Origin: Candidatus Saccharimonadia bacterium
GTDB lineage: Bacteria > Patescibacteriota > Saccharimonadia > Saccharimonadales > 2-12-FULL-41-12
Length of the DNA stretch: 64,000 bases
NCBI GenBank assembly: GCA_963717365.1
Contig: OY970327.1
Coordinates: forward strand, 1,119,752 to 1,183,751
Reading direction: 5' to 3'
Positions 49,235 through 58,266 of the stretch are shown one piece after another. Every line of letters begins with the position of its first letter. Within the stretch, counting starts at the first letter, position 1. A program made the position numbers and the translations under genes. The notes under the pieces are model-generated. The model was given only the letters and a program-made list of their open reading frames with translations, did not search any database and was not told where the DNA came from.

Positions 49235-50749
49235 ATGGAACCAATTACTATCATATTGGCTCTTCTTGGTATTGGTGCTGGTTATGGCGCGAGTACGGTT
49301 ACCACCAAGCGCAAGCTGGGTAACGCCGAAGAAGTAGCAGTCAAAGAGCTGCAGAAAGCTAAAAAAGAAGCTGAAAAACTAGTTCAGAAAGCCCGCGACG
49401 AAGCTCATGAACTTACTGAAACCGCCCGTAAAGACGAAAAGACCCGCCGCAACGAATACAAAGACATTGAGTCTCGTTTGCTAACTCGCGAAGAATCGCT
49501 CGATAAAAAATTAGATAATCTGGACAAGCGCACCGAAGCACTAAGGGCCGCTGAAGACGAGGTTGAATCATTAAAAAATGAAATCCGTGAAATTCGTGGC
49601 CGTCAGCAAGAAAAACTGGAAAAAATCGCCAAGCTTAGCAAAAAAGAAGCTGCCGAAAAATTAATGGCCATGACCGAACGAGACATTAAGAATGACTTGG
49701 TTGGTCTAATTGCTAAGTTGCAAAATGACGCAAAAGAAACTGCCGAAGAACAAGCAGCTGTTATTATCACCGAAGCTATGGAACGTATGGCGAGCGATGT
49801 AACCGCTGAACGCACGGTAACTGCCGTCAAGCTTGAAGACGAGGAAATGAAGGGCCGTATAATTGGCAAAGAAGGCCGCAATATCCAAGCCTTGCAACGC
49901 GCGACTGGCGTGGACATTATGGTTGACGATACGCCGGGCATGATCATCCTGAGTTCGTTTGACCCCGTCCGCCGTGAAACTGCCCGTATCGCTATGGAGA
50001 TGCTGCTGAAAGACGGCCGGGTCCACCCAGGCCGGATTGAAGAAGTCGTCGAGAAGGCTCAGAAACAAGTCCAAAAAGATGTTATGCGTACCGCTGAAGA
50101 CGCTGCCCGCGAAGTTGGCATTGCCGGCATACCAAAAGAACTCATGCAGCTTCTAGGTGAACTTAAGTTCCGTACGAGCTACGGCCAGAACGTACTTAAG
50201 CATAGTACCGAGATGACACACATGGCCGGTGTTATCGCTGAGCAAATTGGTGCCGATACCCGCACCGTTAAGTATGCGGCTCTGCTCCACGACATTGGCA
50301 AAGCACTGACACATAAAATGGAAGGTAAACATCACCACATCGGTGCTGAAATAGCCCGAAAGTACGGTGTGCCTGAAGAAGTTGCCCACGCCATTGAAGC
50401 TCACCACGACGACATAGAAGCTACCACAACTGAAGCGCTTGTTATCCGCGTAGTAGACGCTATCAGCGCAGCTCGTCCAGGTGCTCGCAACGTCAGCGCC
50501 GAAAACTTTGCCGAACGTATGCGCGACCTGGAAAACGTGGCCCTCGGCTTTGGCGGAGTCGAAAAAGCCTACGCGATCAGCGCCGGCCGCGAAGTCCGCG
50601 TCTTTGTTAAGCCAACCGACCTGGATGACCTTGGTTCGATCAAACTTGCCCGCGACGTCGCAACCAAGATTGAATCTACCATGCAGTATCCGGGAACCAT
50701 TAAAGTCAATGTTATCCGTGAAACCCGTGCTATCGAATTCGCTAAGTAG
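49235..50749 (+). CDS. rny: ribonuclease Y
   Basis: N-terminal TM helix, long coiled coil, KH domain (GRIIGKEGRNI) and HD domain (LLHDIGK...HH). Confidence 0.95.
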   Translation: MEPITIILALLGIGAGYGASTVTTKRKLGNAEEVAVKELQKAKKEAEKLVQKARDEAHELTETARKDEKTRRNEYKDIESRLLTREESLDKKLDNLDKRTEALRAAEDEVESLKNEIREIRGRQQEKLEKIAKLSKKEAAEKLMAMTERDIKNDLVGLIAKLQNDAKETAEEQAAVIITEAMERMASDVTAERTVTAVKLEDEEMKGRIIGKEGRNIQALQRATGVDIMVDDTPGMIILSSFDPVRRETARIAMEMLLKDGRVHPGRIEEVVEKAQKQVQKDVMRTAEDAAREVGIAGIPKELMQLLGELKFRTSYGQNVLKHSTEMTHMAGVIAEQIGADTRTVKYAALLHDIGKALTHKMEGKHHHIGAEIARKYGVPEEVAHAIEAHHDDIEATTTEALVIRVVDAISAARPGARNVSAENFAERMRDLENVALGFGGVEKAYAISAGREVRVFVKPTDLDDLGSIKLARDVATKIESTMQYPGTIKVNVIRETRAIEFAK

Positions 50750-50757
50750 GCTATACC

Positions 50758-51612
50758 ATGAATAGCCCCGAAACCTCTCCGGATAACAAACTTGAAATAG
50801 TCACCGAAGATGGTTTGCGCGCCGTAGTAAATCCTATTGGTGGATACGTGGAGTCATTCCAGACAATTAATGGTATAGACTTACTGTTCCCACGAGTAGA
50901 CTTAGAGAAAAGTGTCCGCGGTGGTGTGTTTGCTTGTGCGCCAATCTTTGGTCCTGGCGACCGCGCCGGTTTGCCGCAGCATGGTTTTAGCAGAAACGTC
51001 ACCTGGCAATCCAAGGCTGGAGAGGATAGTTCTTCTGTGATATTGACGCACGAATTTACCGACGAAATTGAACCGGAATTAGCTGCGTACGCCGGATGCG
51101 CGATGGAAATGGTAATTGGCGTAGAGTCTTCAGAGGATAACGAGGCTATTTTGCAAACACGGCTCACAATTCACAACCGGGGTTCAGAAGAATTCGTGGT
51201 TGCCCCAGGTTTTCATCCATACTTCCCTGTAGAACCGGGCGGTAGCGCCCAAGATATAACATTCAGTACCCTTAATGCGGATCGCATACGTACTAATCGT
51301 CAATTTAACGCTGACGAACTTAAGCAGGCGCAACTGTTGGGTGAAACGGGTACCGGATTTATGGGAGATTTTACTAGCAACGGCTACAACATAGGACTTT
51401 CCTCGAATGCCCTTTCTCAACCGGTAATATGGACCGACAATCCGGATTGGTATGTTTGTTTTGAACCGACGGCGGCTGGCCCTGTCACTTCTGCGGACAA
51501 TACTCAAGACCTCGGTCCTTATATGATGCAGCCTGGCGAAACCAGGGAATACTTTATGAGTATCCAATGGATCAAAGCCAGCCAAGAACAAGAAGAACAG
51601 TTCGGAAATTAA
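50758..51612 (+). CDS. aldose 1-epimerase family protein (hexose-6-phosphate mutarotase-like)
   Basis: VRGGVFACAPIFGP....LPQHGFSRNVTW resembles the RGGIP..FP.FG...HGFAR..W signature. Confidence 0.6.
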   Translation: MNSPETSPDNKLEIVTEDGLRAVVNPIGGYVESFQTINGIDLLFPRVDLEKSVRGGVFACAPIFGPGDRAGLPQHGFSRNVTWQSKAGEDSSSVILTHEFTDEIEPELAAYAGCAMEMVIGVESSEDNEAILQTRLTIHNRGSEEFVVAPGFHPYFPVEPGGSAQDITFSTLNADRIRTNRQFNADELKQAQLLGETGTGFMGDFTSNGYNIGLSSNALSQPVIWTDNPDWYVCFEPTAAGPVTSADNTQDLGPYMMQPGETREYFMSIQWIKASQEQEEQFGN

Positions 51613-51706
51613 TATATGCTAAAAAAAGAAGCAGTAGACTGGTGCAAACAGGAAGTTAGAGCCGGCGGCCGAATTATAGGTGGCTAAGTAGTCTATAATC
51701 ACTGAT

Positions 51707-52276
51707 ATGAAATTTGTAATTTTACATGGCACGGACGCAAGCCATGAGAGCAACTGGTTCCCGTGGTTGAAAAATGAGCTGGAAAGGCAAGGCCACGAAG
51801 TGTGGGTGCCTGACTTGCCAGATTCCCAACGGCCCAATATACACAAATATAATGAACTGCTGCTCAACAACGGCTACGACTTCAACAACAGTGTTGTTAT
51901 TGGCCACTCCTCCGGCTCGGTTGCTATTCTGGGCTTGTTGGAGACCCTGCCGCACGATATGCGGCTTCATACGGCAATCCTAGTCGGCGCGTTTACTAAA
52001 CGCCTGTCAGAGAGCCCCAGCTGGGAAATGCTCCAGGAGCTGTTTCATGAGCCGTTTAACTTTGAATCCATTAATCAAAAAGCCAACCAGTTTATTTTTA
52101 TTCACTCCAACGATGATCCCTATTGCCCAATAGATGATGCTCGTGAACTATGCGAAGACCTCAGCGGCAAATTTATTGAATTTGAGGGAATGGGTCACTT
52201 TAGCAAAAAACTTGACCCGCGCTTTGAAGCGTTTCCTGAGCTCCTCAATATCATTAATGAAAAAGTTATTTCATGA
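51707..52276 (+). CDS. alpha/beta serine hydrolase (YdeN/RBBP9 family)
   Basis: ILHG...WFPWL N-terminus, GHSSGS nucleophile elbow, and C-terminal D and H (GMGHF). Confidence 0.7.
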   Translation: MKFVILHGTDASHESNWFPWLKNELERQGHEVWVPDLPDSQRPNIHKYNELLLNNGYDFNNSVVIGHSSGSVAILGLLETLPHDMRLHTAILVGAFTKRLSESPSWEMLQELFHEPFNFESINQKANQFIFIHSNDDPYCPIDDARELCEDLSGKFIEFEGMGHFSKKLDPRFEAFPELLNIINEKVIS

Positions 52277-53076
52277 AAATCCTTTACATTGGCGATGTTA
52301 TGGGCGCGGCTGGCATGAAAGTCGTATCCCGGCTGCTGCCGGAAATTAAGAAAGAATACCAGCCGGACTTTATCATTGCACAGGCTGAAAACAGCAATCC
52401 GGAAGGCAAGGGGCCGGGCAAGCCAGAGATTACTGCAATGCAAAAAATGGGTATAAATTTCTTTAGCGGCGGCAACCACAGCCTGCGTGGTACCGGATCG
52501 GCAGAATTATATTTAGATGAAACTGTACCTGTTGTGCGTCCAGCAAATCTGAAAGATGTGATTGGTCATGGCTATAAAATTGTAGAAACTAGCTTTGGAA
52601 AAATTCTGATAGCCAGTATGTTGGGGGCAACCGTTGGTAAGGTATTGGATATAAAAAATCCACTGCATGAAATTGAAGCAATTTTAGAAAAAACTAAAGA
52701 CGAAAAATTGGTTGCCAGAATTATAAATTTCCACGGCGATTATTCTAGCGAAAAACGAGTCTTTGGATATTACTTGGACGGTCGATTCTCGGCAGTAATT
52801 GGCGACCACTGGCATGTGCCTACGGCTGACGCCATGATTTTACCCAAGGGAACAGCGCATATTACTGATGTGGGAATGTGTGGCACGCTGCACTCTTCCC
52901 TCGGCGTTAAAATTGATGTTATTGCTCAGCGCTGGAATACTGGTAAAAAGAGCCATAACGAAATGGAAGAAGAAGGTCCGCTCCAGTTTAACGCGGTGTT
53001 AATAGACGTTGATACGGCTACCGGTTTAAGTAACTCTATTACACCAATTCAGCGTATCATTGATTCAAGCAACTAA
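52273..53076 (+). CDS. ymdB: YmdB-like metallophosphoesterase (2',3'-cyclic-nucleotide phosphodiesterase family)
   Basis: MKILYIGDVMG N-terminus, GNH, and GDHWHVPTAD...TDVGMCG pattern. Confidence 0.85.
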   Translation: MKILYIGDVMGAAGMKVVSRLLPEIKKEYQPDFIIAQAENSNPEGKGPGKPEITAMQKMGINFFSGGNHSLRGTGSAELYLDETVPVVRPANLKDVIGHGYKIVETSFGKILIASMLGATVGKVLDIKNPLHEIEAILEKTKDEKLVARIINFHGDYSSEKRVFGYYLDGRFSAVIGDHWHVPTADAMILPKGTAHITDVGMCGTLHSSLGVKIDVIAQRWNTGKKSHNEMEEEGPLQFNAVLIDVDTATGLSNSITPIQRIIDSSN

Positions 53077-53110
53077 TTAACGTATACTTACCTCTGTTAT
53101 TCATTTCGAA

Positions 53111-54895
53111 TTAACTTCGGGGTGTGGCGCAGTTGATAGCGCGCTCGGTTTGGGACCGAGAGGTCGAAGGTTTGAGTCCTTTCACCCCGACCAGAAGAAC
53201 TTTTTCTTCATTTAAGAACCCGTTCCAGGGTTCTTTTAATTTGTGCTCCTTTATTGACCACTGTAAAACCTTATTTTCAGACGCTTCAACAGTGAGGTTC
53301 GAGAAGAATTTTTGAAGTATTGAATCAAGTGCTTTTATGTTGATGCTGTTCTGAACTCCTACCTCTATTATTTTACCTATATTTTCAAATAGTTCGAGAT
53401 ATTTATCATATGTCACAATCGAGTCTTTCAAGCTACTTAGATCTTTCTGTTTCGACTTTAGTTGCTTAGTGAGCTCATTAATCTCAGTTTGAATTTCATC
53501 AAGATTAAAGTGTTCTTTGAACCCGTCATTATTTAGTAGTAGGTTCTTTGCTCTGCTATATTCCTGCTTTTTATCACTTATTGATTTTGAAAGGCTTCCA
53601 ATATTACTGTTGATTTCTCTTCTTTTTTCACTCAGAGCTTCTCTAGCTTCAATTTTATAGTTTTCATAATTCGCTTTAGTGGTAAAAAGGTTTTCTTTCA
53701 GGAATTCGATACAATAATTGACAATAACTTTTGCACGCATACTTTTGCCCCTATAGTCACAATATTCTGTATTGCATCTGAAATAGAAATAATCGGTTTT
53801 CCCATCCTTTTTCTTCTTAGAGGTTATACCTGTGGACATACGCTTTCCACAATGCGCACATTCGACCACTCCTCTTAGTAAGTCTGCCCTAATTCCTGCA
53901 CTGTTCTTTGACAAGAAACGAGATGAGATGGTGGCAGAAGTTAAGTCTGATACTTTATTTATCTTGAGAAAATCATCTACTGATACGGCAGGGACAAAAT
54001 CATAATGATCCCTAAGGACAACTAGCGATTTCCCATACTTCAGAACTCCTGCATATACAGGATCTTTGAAAAAAGTTGAAACTCTTCCTTTTGTCCAAGT
54101 GTATTCAGTGGCTTTTTTGCCACTATATTGGACTTTATACCCTTTTGAATTAGCCCATTTTGCTATATCTATCTGTCTTTCGCCATCTAATCTTCTCTGA
54201 AACATACTCCGGACTATCTGATAATTGTTTCCATCAGGCTCGAGTGCTCTGTTTTTCAAGACTCTATATCCGTGAACTCTTTTACCTATAAATTCACCTC
54301 GTTGTTCAGTTGCCCTAACATTTCCCCTTGTTACAACCTGACTAAGATTTTCAGAATACTGCTTGGATAAGACAAACGAAATTCCAAGAAGCATTTTGCC
54401 TGTTGGGCTGTTTTCAAAAGACGATGTTGCAAATCTTAGGTCCATAAGAACACCCTTATCTAGAAGATCTATTAGTTCGCCAGCTTCTTTCATATTTCTA
54501 GATAGTCTGTCGGGGTGATAGCTGATTATCGCATCGAGTTTTCCGTTTTTAAGCTTTTCGATCAATGAAGTAAATTTTGGTCGTATATCAGGTTCTTTTG
54601 CAGAACCTTTCTCTGATATTATCTCTACTACATTTAAGCCCTCTTGCTCGACACAATGCTTTAAGCAGAGGTCTATCTGGTCGGAAATACTATGCTCTTG
54701 TCGTTCATCGCCTATTGTAGATTTGCGAGCATATATTGCATATTTAAGTTTTGAGTAATCTACTTCGGGATTTAAAAAATCGGTCCTTGAACTATTCAGC
54801 AACTTAAACAGATCTTCTACATTCGCATTCTTATCAATCATCAATTCTAGTTTAGCATTATTTGCGCTACAATTGATGTTATGGGAGTAAAACAA
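53111..54895 (-). CDS. large serine recombinase (integrase)
   Basis: Resolvase-type catalytic domain (YAIYARKSTIGDERQEHSISDQ), a recombinase domain, a Cys4 zinc ribbon (CAHCGKRM...FRCNTEYC) and a long coiled-coil tail. An alternative start is at 54841. The last ~27 codons are antisense to tRNA-Pro. Confidence 0.9.
   Translation of the reverse strand: MFYSHNINCSANNAKLELMIDKNANVEDLFKLLNSSRTDFLNPEVDYSKLKYAIYARKSTIGDERQEHSISDQIDLCLKHCVEQEGLNVVEIISEKGSAKEPDIRPKFTSLIEKLKNGKLDAIISYHPDRLSRNMKEAGELIDLLDKGVLMDLRFATSSFENSPTGKMLLGISFVLSKQYSENLSQVVTRGNVRATEQRGEFIGKRVHGYRVLKNRALEPDGNNYQIVRSMFQRRLDGERQIDIAKWANSKGYKVQYSGKKATEYTWTKGRVSTFFKDPVYAGVLKYGKSLVVLRDHYDFVPAVSVDDFLKINKVSDLTSATISSRFLSKNSAGIRADLLRGVVECAHCGKRMSTGITSKKKKDGKTDYFYFRCNTEYCDYRGKSMRAKVIVNYCIEFLKENLFTTKANYENYKIEAREALSEKRREINSNIGSLSKSISDKKQEYSRAKNLLLNNDGFKEHFNLDEIQTEINELTKQLKSKQKDLSSLKDSIVTYDKYLELFENIGKIIEVGVQNSINIKALDSILQKFFSNLTVEASENKVLQWSIKEHKLKEPWNGFLNEEKVLLVGVKGLKPSTSRSQTERAINCATPRS
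53118..53193 (+). tRNA. tRNA-Pro (anticodon UGG), CCA encoded
   Basis: Hand-folded cloverleaf with a 7-bp acceptor stem (CGGGGTG/CACCCCG), 4-bp D stem and 5-bp anticodon stem. The anticodon loop is TTTGGGA, the variable loop is 5 nt and the T stem is 5 bp. Discriminator A plus CCA. 76 nt. Confidence 0.9.
53214..53242 (+). terminator. rho-independent terminator downstream of tRNA-Pro
   Basis: AAGAACCC / GGGTTCTT 8-bp stem, 6-nt loop, then TTAATTT. It lies inside the 3' end of the minus-strand recombinase ORF. Confidence 0.55.
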
Positions 54896-55153
54896 GGATA
54901 TTCAAGACTAATGAACGGACACTTGAAGGTCTTAAATGTTAGTGAGCGTAACAGGGGTTACTTATTTGTAACTAAGGACAAAATAGCTATGAGGCTTTTT
55001 GGAGAAAGTATAAAGATAAGATACCAAGGAAGTGTTTCGGAATTTAAGTTCGATAAATTTGGAAGAGCACATACTGGCAAATTATTTTTGAATAAATTAC
55101 CGAATGAATTCAACCTACAATATAAAGATGAGGTATTAGAAATAACACTGTGA
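54881..55153 (+). CDS. 90-aa protein translationally coupled to the methyltransferase (possible controller)
   Basis: Its stop overlaps the MTase GTG start (GTGA). The C-terminal FGRAHTGKLFLNKLP...YKDEVLEITL loosely resembles the AbrB/MazE swapped-hairpin pattern. Weak evidence. Confidence 0.4.
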   Translation: MGVKQGYSRLMNGHLKVLNVSERNRGYLFVTKDKIAMRLFGESIKIRYQGSVSEFKFDKFGRAHTGKLFLNKLPNEFNLQYKDEVLEITL

Positions 55154-56169
55154 AAAAACAAAGTTTATTAAAAATAAAACCAAAAAGCTGGCAATCCGAC
55201 AAAAAATTATTTACATTTATAGACCTATTTGCTGGAATAGGCGGATTTAGGATAGCATCCGAACGATTAGGGGGAGAATGTAAATTTAGCTCCGAGTGGG
55301 ATAAGAATTCACAACACACATATTCAACAAATTTTGATGATATTCCAAGTGGTGACATTACTAAAATTAATGAAAACGATGTTCCAGAACACGATATATT
55401 GTTCGGTGGTTTTCCGTGTCAGGCATTTAGCATTTCTGGGAAAAAGAATGGGTTCAACGACACAAGAGGGACGCTATTCTTTGATATAGCAAGAATAGCT
55501 AAAAAAAATAAACCAAAAATGATGCTATTAGAGAATGTAAAAAATTTTGCCAGACACGATAATGGTAAAACTTTAGAGGTAATACTTAAAACTCTTAATG
55601 AAATTGGCTATGATGTATTTCATCAGATTCTTAAGTCGAGTGACTATGGTGTCCCTCAAGCAAGAGAAAGAATTTATCTAGTATGTTTTAGGAAGGAATT
55701 GAAAGTTAGCAAATTTGATTTTCCAAAACCGATTCCAGTTAATGATAAAAAAGTAGTTAGACATATACTTGAAAAAAATCCTAAGCCAACCGACACAAGA
55801 ATAATTGATAAACCCTTGAACTATGTAAATAAAAGCTCCAGCAGAGACACTACAAAGCCCCTCAAGCTCGGTTATTTCAATAAAGGAGGTCAGGGCGAAA
55901 GAGTTTATTCAATAGATAGTGCGGGGATTACTTTATCAGCATATGGCGGTGGATTAGCGAGCAAAACAGGGGCATACGATGTAGATGGCATAATAAGAAA
56001 ATTAACACCTAGAGAATGTGCGAGAATGCAGGGTTTCCCAGAAGACTTTTCAATTCCAGTATCAAAAAATACTGCATTAAAACAATTTGGTGATAGTGTT
56101 TCAGTCCCTGTCGTTGAGTCAGTATTAAGGAAAATGTTATTAACAACAAAGGTAATACTAGATGAATAA
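55150..56169 (+). CDS. DNA (cytosine-5) methyltransferase, M.HhaI-like (predicted GCGC)
   Basis: Motifs are FIDLFAGIGGF (I), GGFPCQAFS (IV), ENV (VI), PQARERIY (VIII) and TPRECARMQGFP / FGDSV (IX-X). The variable region KGGQGERVYS...ITLSAYGGG..KTG is near-collinear with my recollection of the M.HhaI target-recognition domain. Confidence 0.95.
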   Translation: MKKQSLLKIKPKSWQSDKKLFTFIDLFAGIGGFRIASERLGGECKFSSEWDKNSQHTYSTNFDDIPSGDITKINENDVPEHDILFGGFPCQAFSISGKKNGFNDTRGTLFFDIARIAKKNKPKMMLLENVKNFARHDNGKTLEVILKTLNEIGYDVFHQILKSSDYGVPQARERIYLVCFRKELKVSKFDFPKPIPVNDKKVVRHILEKNPKPTDTRIIDKPLNYVNKSSSRDTTKPLKLGYFNKGGQGERVYSIDSAGITLSAYGGGLASKTGAYDVDGIIRKLTPRECARMQGFPEDFSIPVSKNTALKQFGDSVSVPVVESVLRKMLLTTKVILDE

Positions 56170-56956
56170 CGAAGAATTAATTAAGCTTGGCTCAAAAACA
56201 GCTAAAGCAGGGTTCAAAAATGAAGATTATGTTGTAGCGGAATTTAATGAATGGAAAACTAGCGACCTTAGCAAGCTCTGGCTTGTTAAAATGGGCTACA
56301 AACTTACAGAGATAGAATATGTTAAAGCGGAGAAAATTAAGGGCTCATTCAAGGCTGATATTCAAGTAGAAATTAGAATTGAAATCAAGCTTAAGGCACT
56401 TCAAGACATACAAAACTTGCAAGTAAAACTCGTATCAAACCCTAGAGGATTCAATCAAATTGATAAACGATGGATTTCAAAATATGTTGGACTCTGGGAC
56501 ATACCAGCAAATGTTGAAAAAGTATTGAAACACTTTACGGGCGAACTGCCCCCCTATATTAAAGATCCGAGAGACCCAAGAAGAATGTTTATGGACGAAT
56601 TTAGTATAGATAACCAACAATTGATACTTAATTTCATAAACGACAACAAAACTTTGATAATTTCTGACATCCTAAAAGGTAGAGGAAAATTTTCCGCTGA
56701 ATGGATGTTAGTAATTTTAAAAAATCCTGAAAACGATATGTTAGTAGATTGGGCACTCGAGCCAATAAACTATGTATTAAATTACTATGGAAATGGACCC
56801 GTAACAATAACTAGCCGAGGAAGCATAACAATAGGTAATATTACTATCCAAAGAAAAGGTGGTGACAATGGGCGACCAACTGCAAATATGCTTCAATTTA
56901 AGATAAACCCCGTTGAGTTAATAAACAAAAATCCTGAAAAACTAATCATTGTTTAG
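56162..56956 (+). CDS. type II restriction endonuclease, HinP1I/MspI-family-like (predicted GCGC)
   Basis: 8-nt overlap with the MTase. LGSKTAKAGFKNE, LQVKLVSNPRGFNQIDKRW, HFTGELPPY, RRMFMDEFS and ITIQRKGGDNGRPTANMLQFKI match R.HinP1I as I remember it. Confidence 0.75.
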   Translation: MNNEELIKLGSKTAKAGFKNEDYVVAEFNEWKTSDLSKLWLVKMGYKLTEIEYVKAEKIKGSFKADIQVEIRIEIKLKALQDIQNLQVKLVSNPRGFNQIDKRWISKYVGLWDIPANVEKVLKHFTGELPPYIKDPRDPRRMFMDEFSIDNQQLILNFINDNKTLIISDILKGRGKFSAEWMLVILKNPENDMLVDWALEPINYVLNYYGNGPVTITSRGSITIGNITIQRKGGDNGRPTANMLQFKINPVELINKNPEKLIIV

Positions 56957-57005
56957 CATTGTGCTTAACCTTGCTGTTGTATATCAGTAAGAATATTATG
57001 TAGAT

Positions 57006-57647
57006 ATGATTACTGTCACACAAATAGAACTCTTTAATATATTTGCAAGCATACTGTCTGTTTGTTTAGCAATTTTAGCTATATGGCTATCACTTACTTT
57101 TTTTATTAAGTCCAAAGATTCTGAAAAAAAGGTTGAAGTATCTTTGAATAAAATAGAAGACTCTTCAAATACTTTGCAAAGCATTTCAATGAAGCTAATA
57201 AATAGACTTACATCTGCACTTACGACAGCTAAACCATATGAAGAGAAGCTTTCAGAAATAATTAAATCATTAACTTCTTCGGGGGGGATCAATAATTCTG
57301 ATGAAAGTTCTGATAGCTCAACCAGCAGAAAAGAACTTGAACAAATGAGAGTTGATAACTTATTTAGCACGCTTTATTATTGTGCTGTATCAAATCTAGC
57401 AACTTCTTCAGCATTATCGGCTTCCAGAGATGTAGATAGTCAAACAATAAAAGAACTAGGAACTATGCTAGATCAAACAAAACAGGACTATGAGTTAATC
57501 CTTAAATGGATAAACAGCACTCCAAAAATAAATGAAAAGATAGAAAGTAGCACAAATAAGCACCTTTATGTCTCTGCATTGAGTTGGCAAAGTAAACTAG
57601 TTGATCTTAATAGCTTTGTTGAGAGCCTTTCAACAGTAAAACAGTAA
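57006..57647 (+). CDS. island cargo: membrane-anchored helical/Ser-rich protein, unknown function
   Basis: 213-aa ORF with an N-terminal TM helix (IFASILSVCLAILAIWLSLTFFI). No motif recognised. Confidence 0.5.
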   Translation: MITVTQIELFNIFASILSVCLAILAIWLSLTFFIKSKDSEKKVEVSLNKIEDSSNTLQSISMKLINRLTSALTTAKPYEEKLSEIIKSLTSSGGINNSDESSDSSTSRKELEQMRVDNLFSTLYYCAVSNLATSSALSASRDVDSQTIKELGTMLDQTKQDYELILKWINSTPKINEKIESSTNKHLYVSALSWQSKLVDLNSFVESLSTVKQ

Positions 57648-57674
57648 ACAAACAGTTAAGTTTTAGGAAATTAT

Positions 57675-58085
57675 TTAGCCAACCCAAGTGTGGTTATAAT
57701 CAAGCATCCTTAACCCCTCACCTTTGAATTTCATAGGTTGTTCATCACTTGCAAGGTTATCTGACAGCTTGGCAACCAATTCGATTAGTTTATATGTTGG
57801 CACATCTGAATAATCTCTTTTACCTAGTTCCTCTCGCATTGCTTTTAACTGTTCACCTTGCAAGATTAATCTATGTTTTTTGCTTGCCAAATACTGTTCT
57901 CTAAGAGATTCAAGCTCAATGGTTTTGTAGTTTGCTAATTCAATTTCAAGTTCACCGCTCCACTTTATCAAGGTAGGTTTACTTACATTAATTTCGTTAG
58001 ATATACTATCGTAGCTATTACCCTTAGCACGCAATGCTATAAACTTTTGTTTTATATCAATCGTTTCTGCCATAGTTCGAGCCAT
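57675..58085 (-). CDS. island cargo: N-terminal HTH protein with coiled-coil tail
   Basis: RAKGNSYDSISNEINVSKPTLIKW is a resolvase/terminase-small/transposase-type HTH. GGGG RBS. Confidence 0.6.
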   Translation of the reverse strand: MARTMAETIDIKQKFIALRAKGNSYDSISNEINVSKPTLIKWSGELEIELANYKTIELESLREQYLASKKHRLILQGEQLKAMREELGKRDYSDVPTYKLIELVAKLSDNLASDEQPMKFKGEGLRMLDYNHTWVG

Positions 58086-58101
58086 TCAACCCCTAGTAAT
58101 A

Positions 58102-58266
58102 TTATGCGTCCTTTGTAGTTATTTCATTACTATTTTCACCAAGTTGGATAGTGTTACCACTACTATCAGTTACTGACATATCTCCTGAGACATTACCACT
58201 TGAAGTAGATGGATTGCTTTCAGATATGTCACTAACTTCATTTAATGCGTCAGATTGATTTCCCAT
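58102..58266 (-). CDS. island cargo: 54-aa acidic Ser/Asn-rich peptide
   Basis: Hand-translated MGNQSDALNEVSDISESNPSTSSGNVSGDMSVTDSSGNTIQLGENSNEITTKDA. AAGGA RBS. A TGtTATAAT extended -10 lies at 58300..58308 on the minus strand. Confidence 0.3.
   Translation of the reverse strand: MGNQSDALNEVSDISESNPSTSSGNVSGDMSVTDSSGNTIQLGENSNEITTKDA

Noticed and set aside
49138-49323. 61-aa ORF overlapping the rny start, and a possible promoter TTGACA at 49086..49091.
   Set aside because: The ORF is out of frame with rny and has no RBS. The TTGACA has no acceptable -10 at 16-18 nt spacing, so no promoter call was made.
50751-51591. Two long minus-strand ORFs (138 and 135 aa) opposite the mutarotase-like gene.
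   Set aside because: The plus-strand product carries the family motif (RGG...HGFSR..W). The antisense frames have no motif or RBS.
56996-57370. 124-aa minus-strand ORF overlapping the 5' half of 57006..57647.
   Set aside because: The plus-strand ORF is longer, co-directional with the R-M operon and has a clear TM helix. The two cannot both be coding with confidence, so the minus ORF was treated as a shadow.
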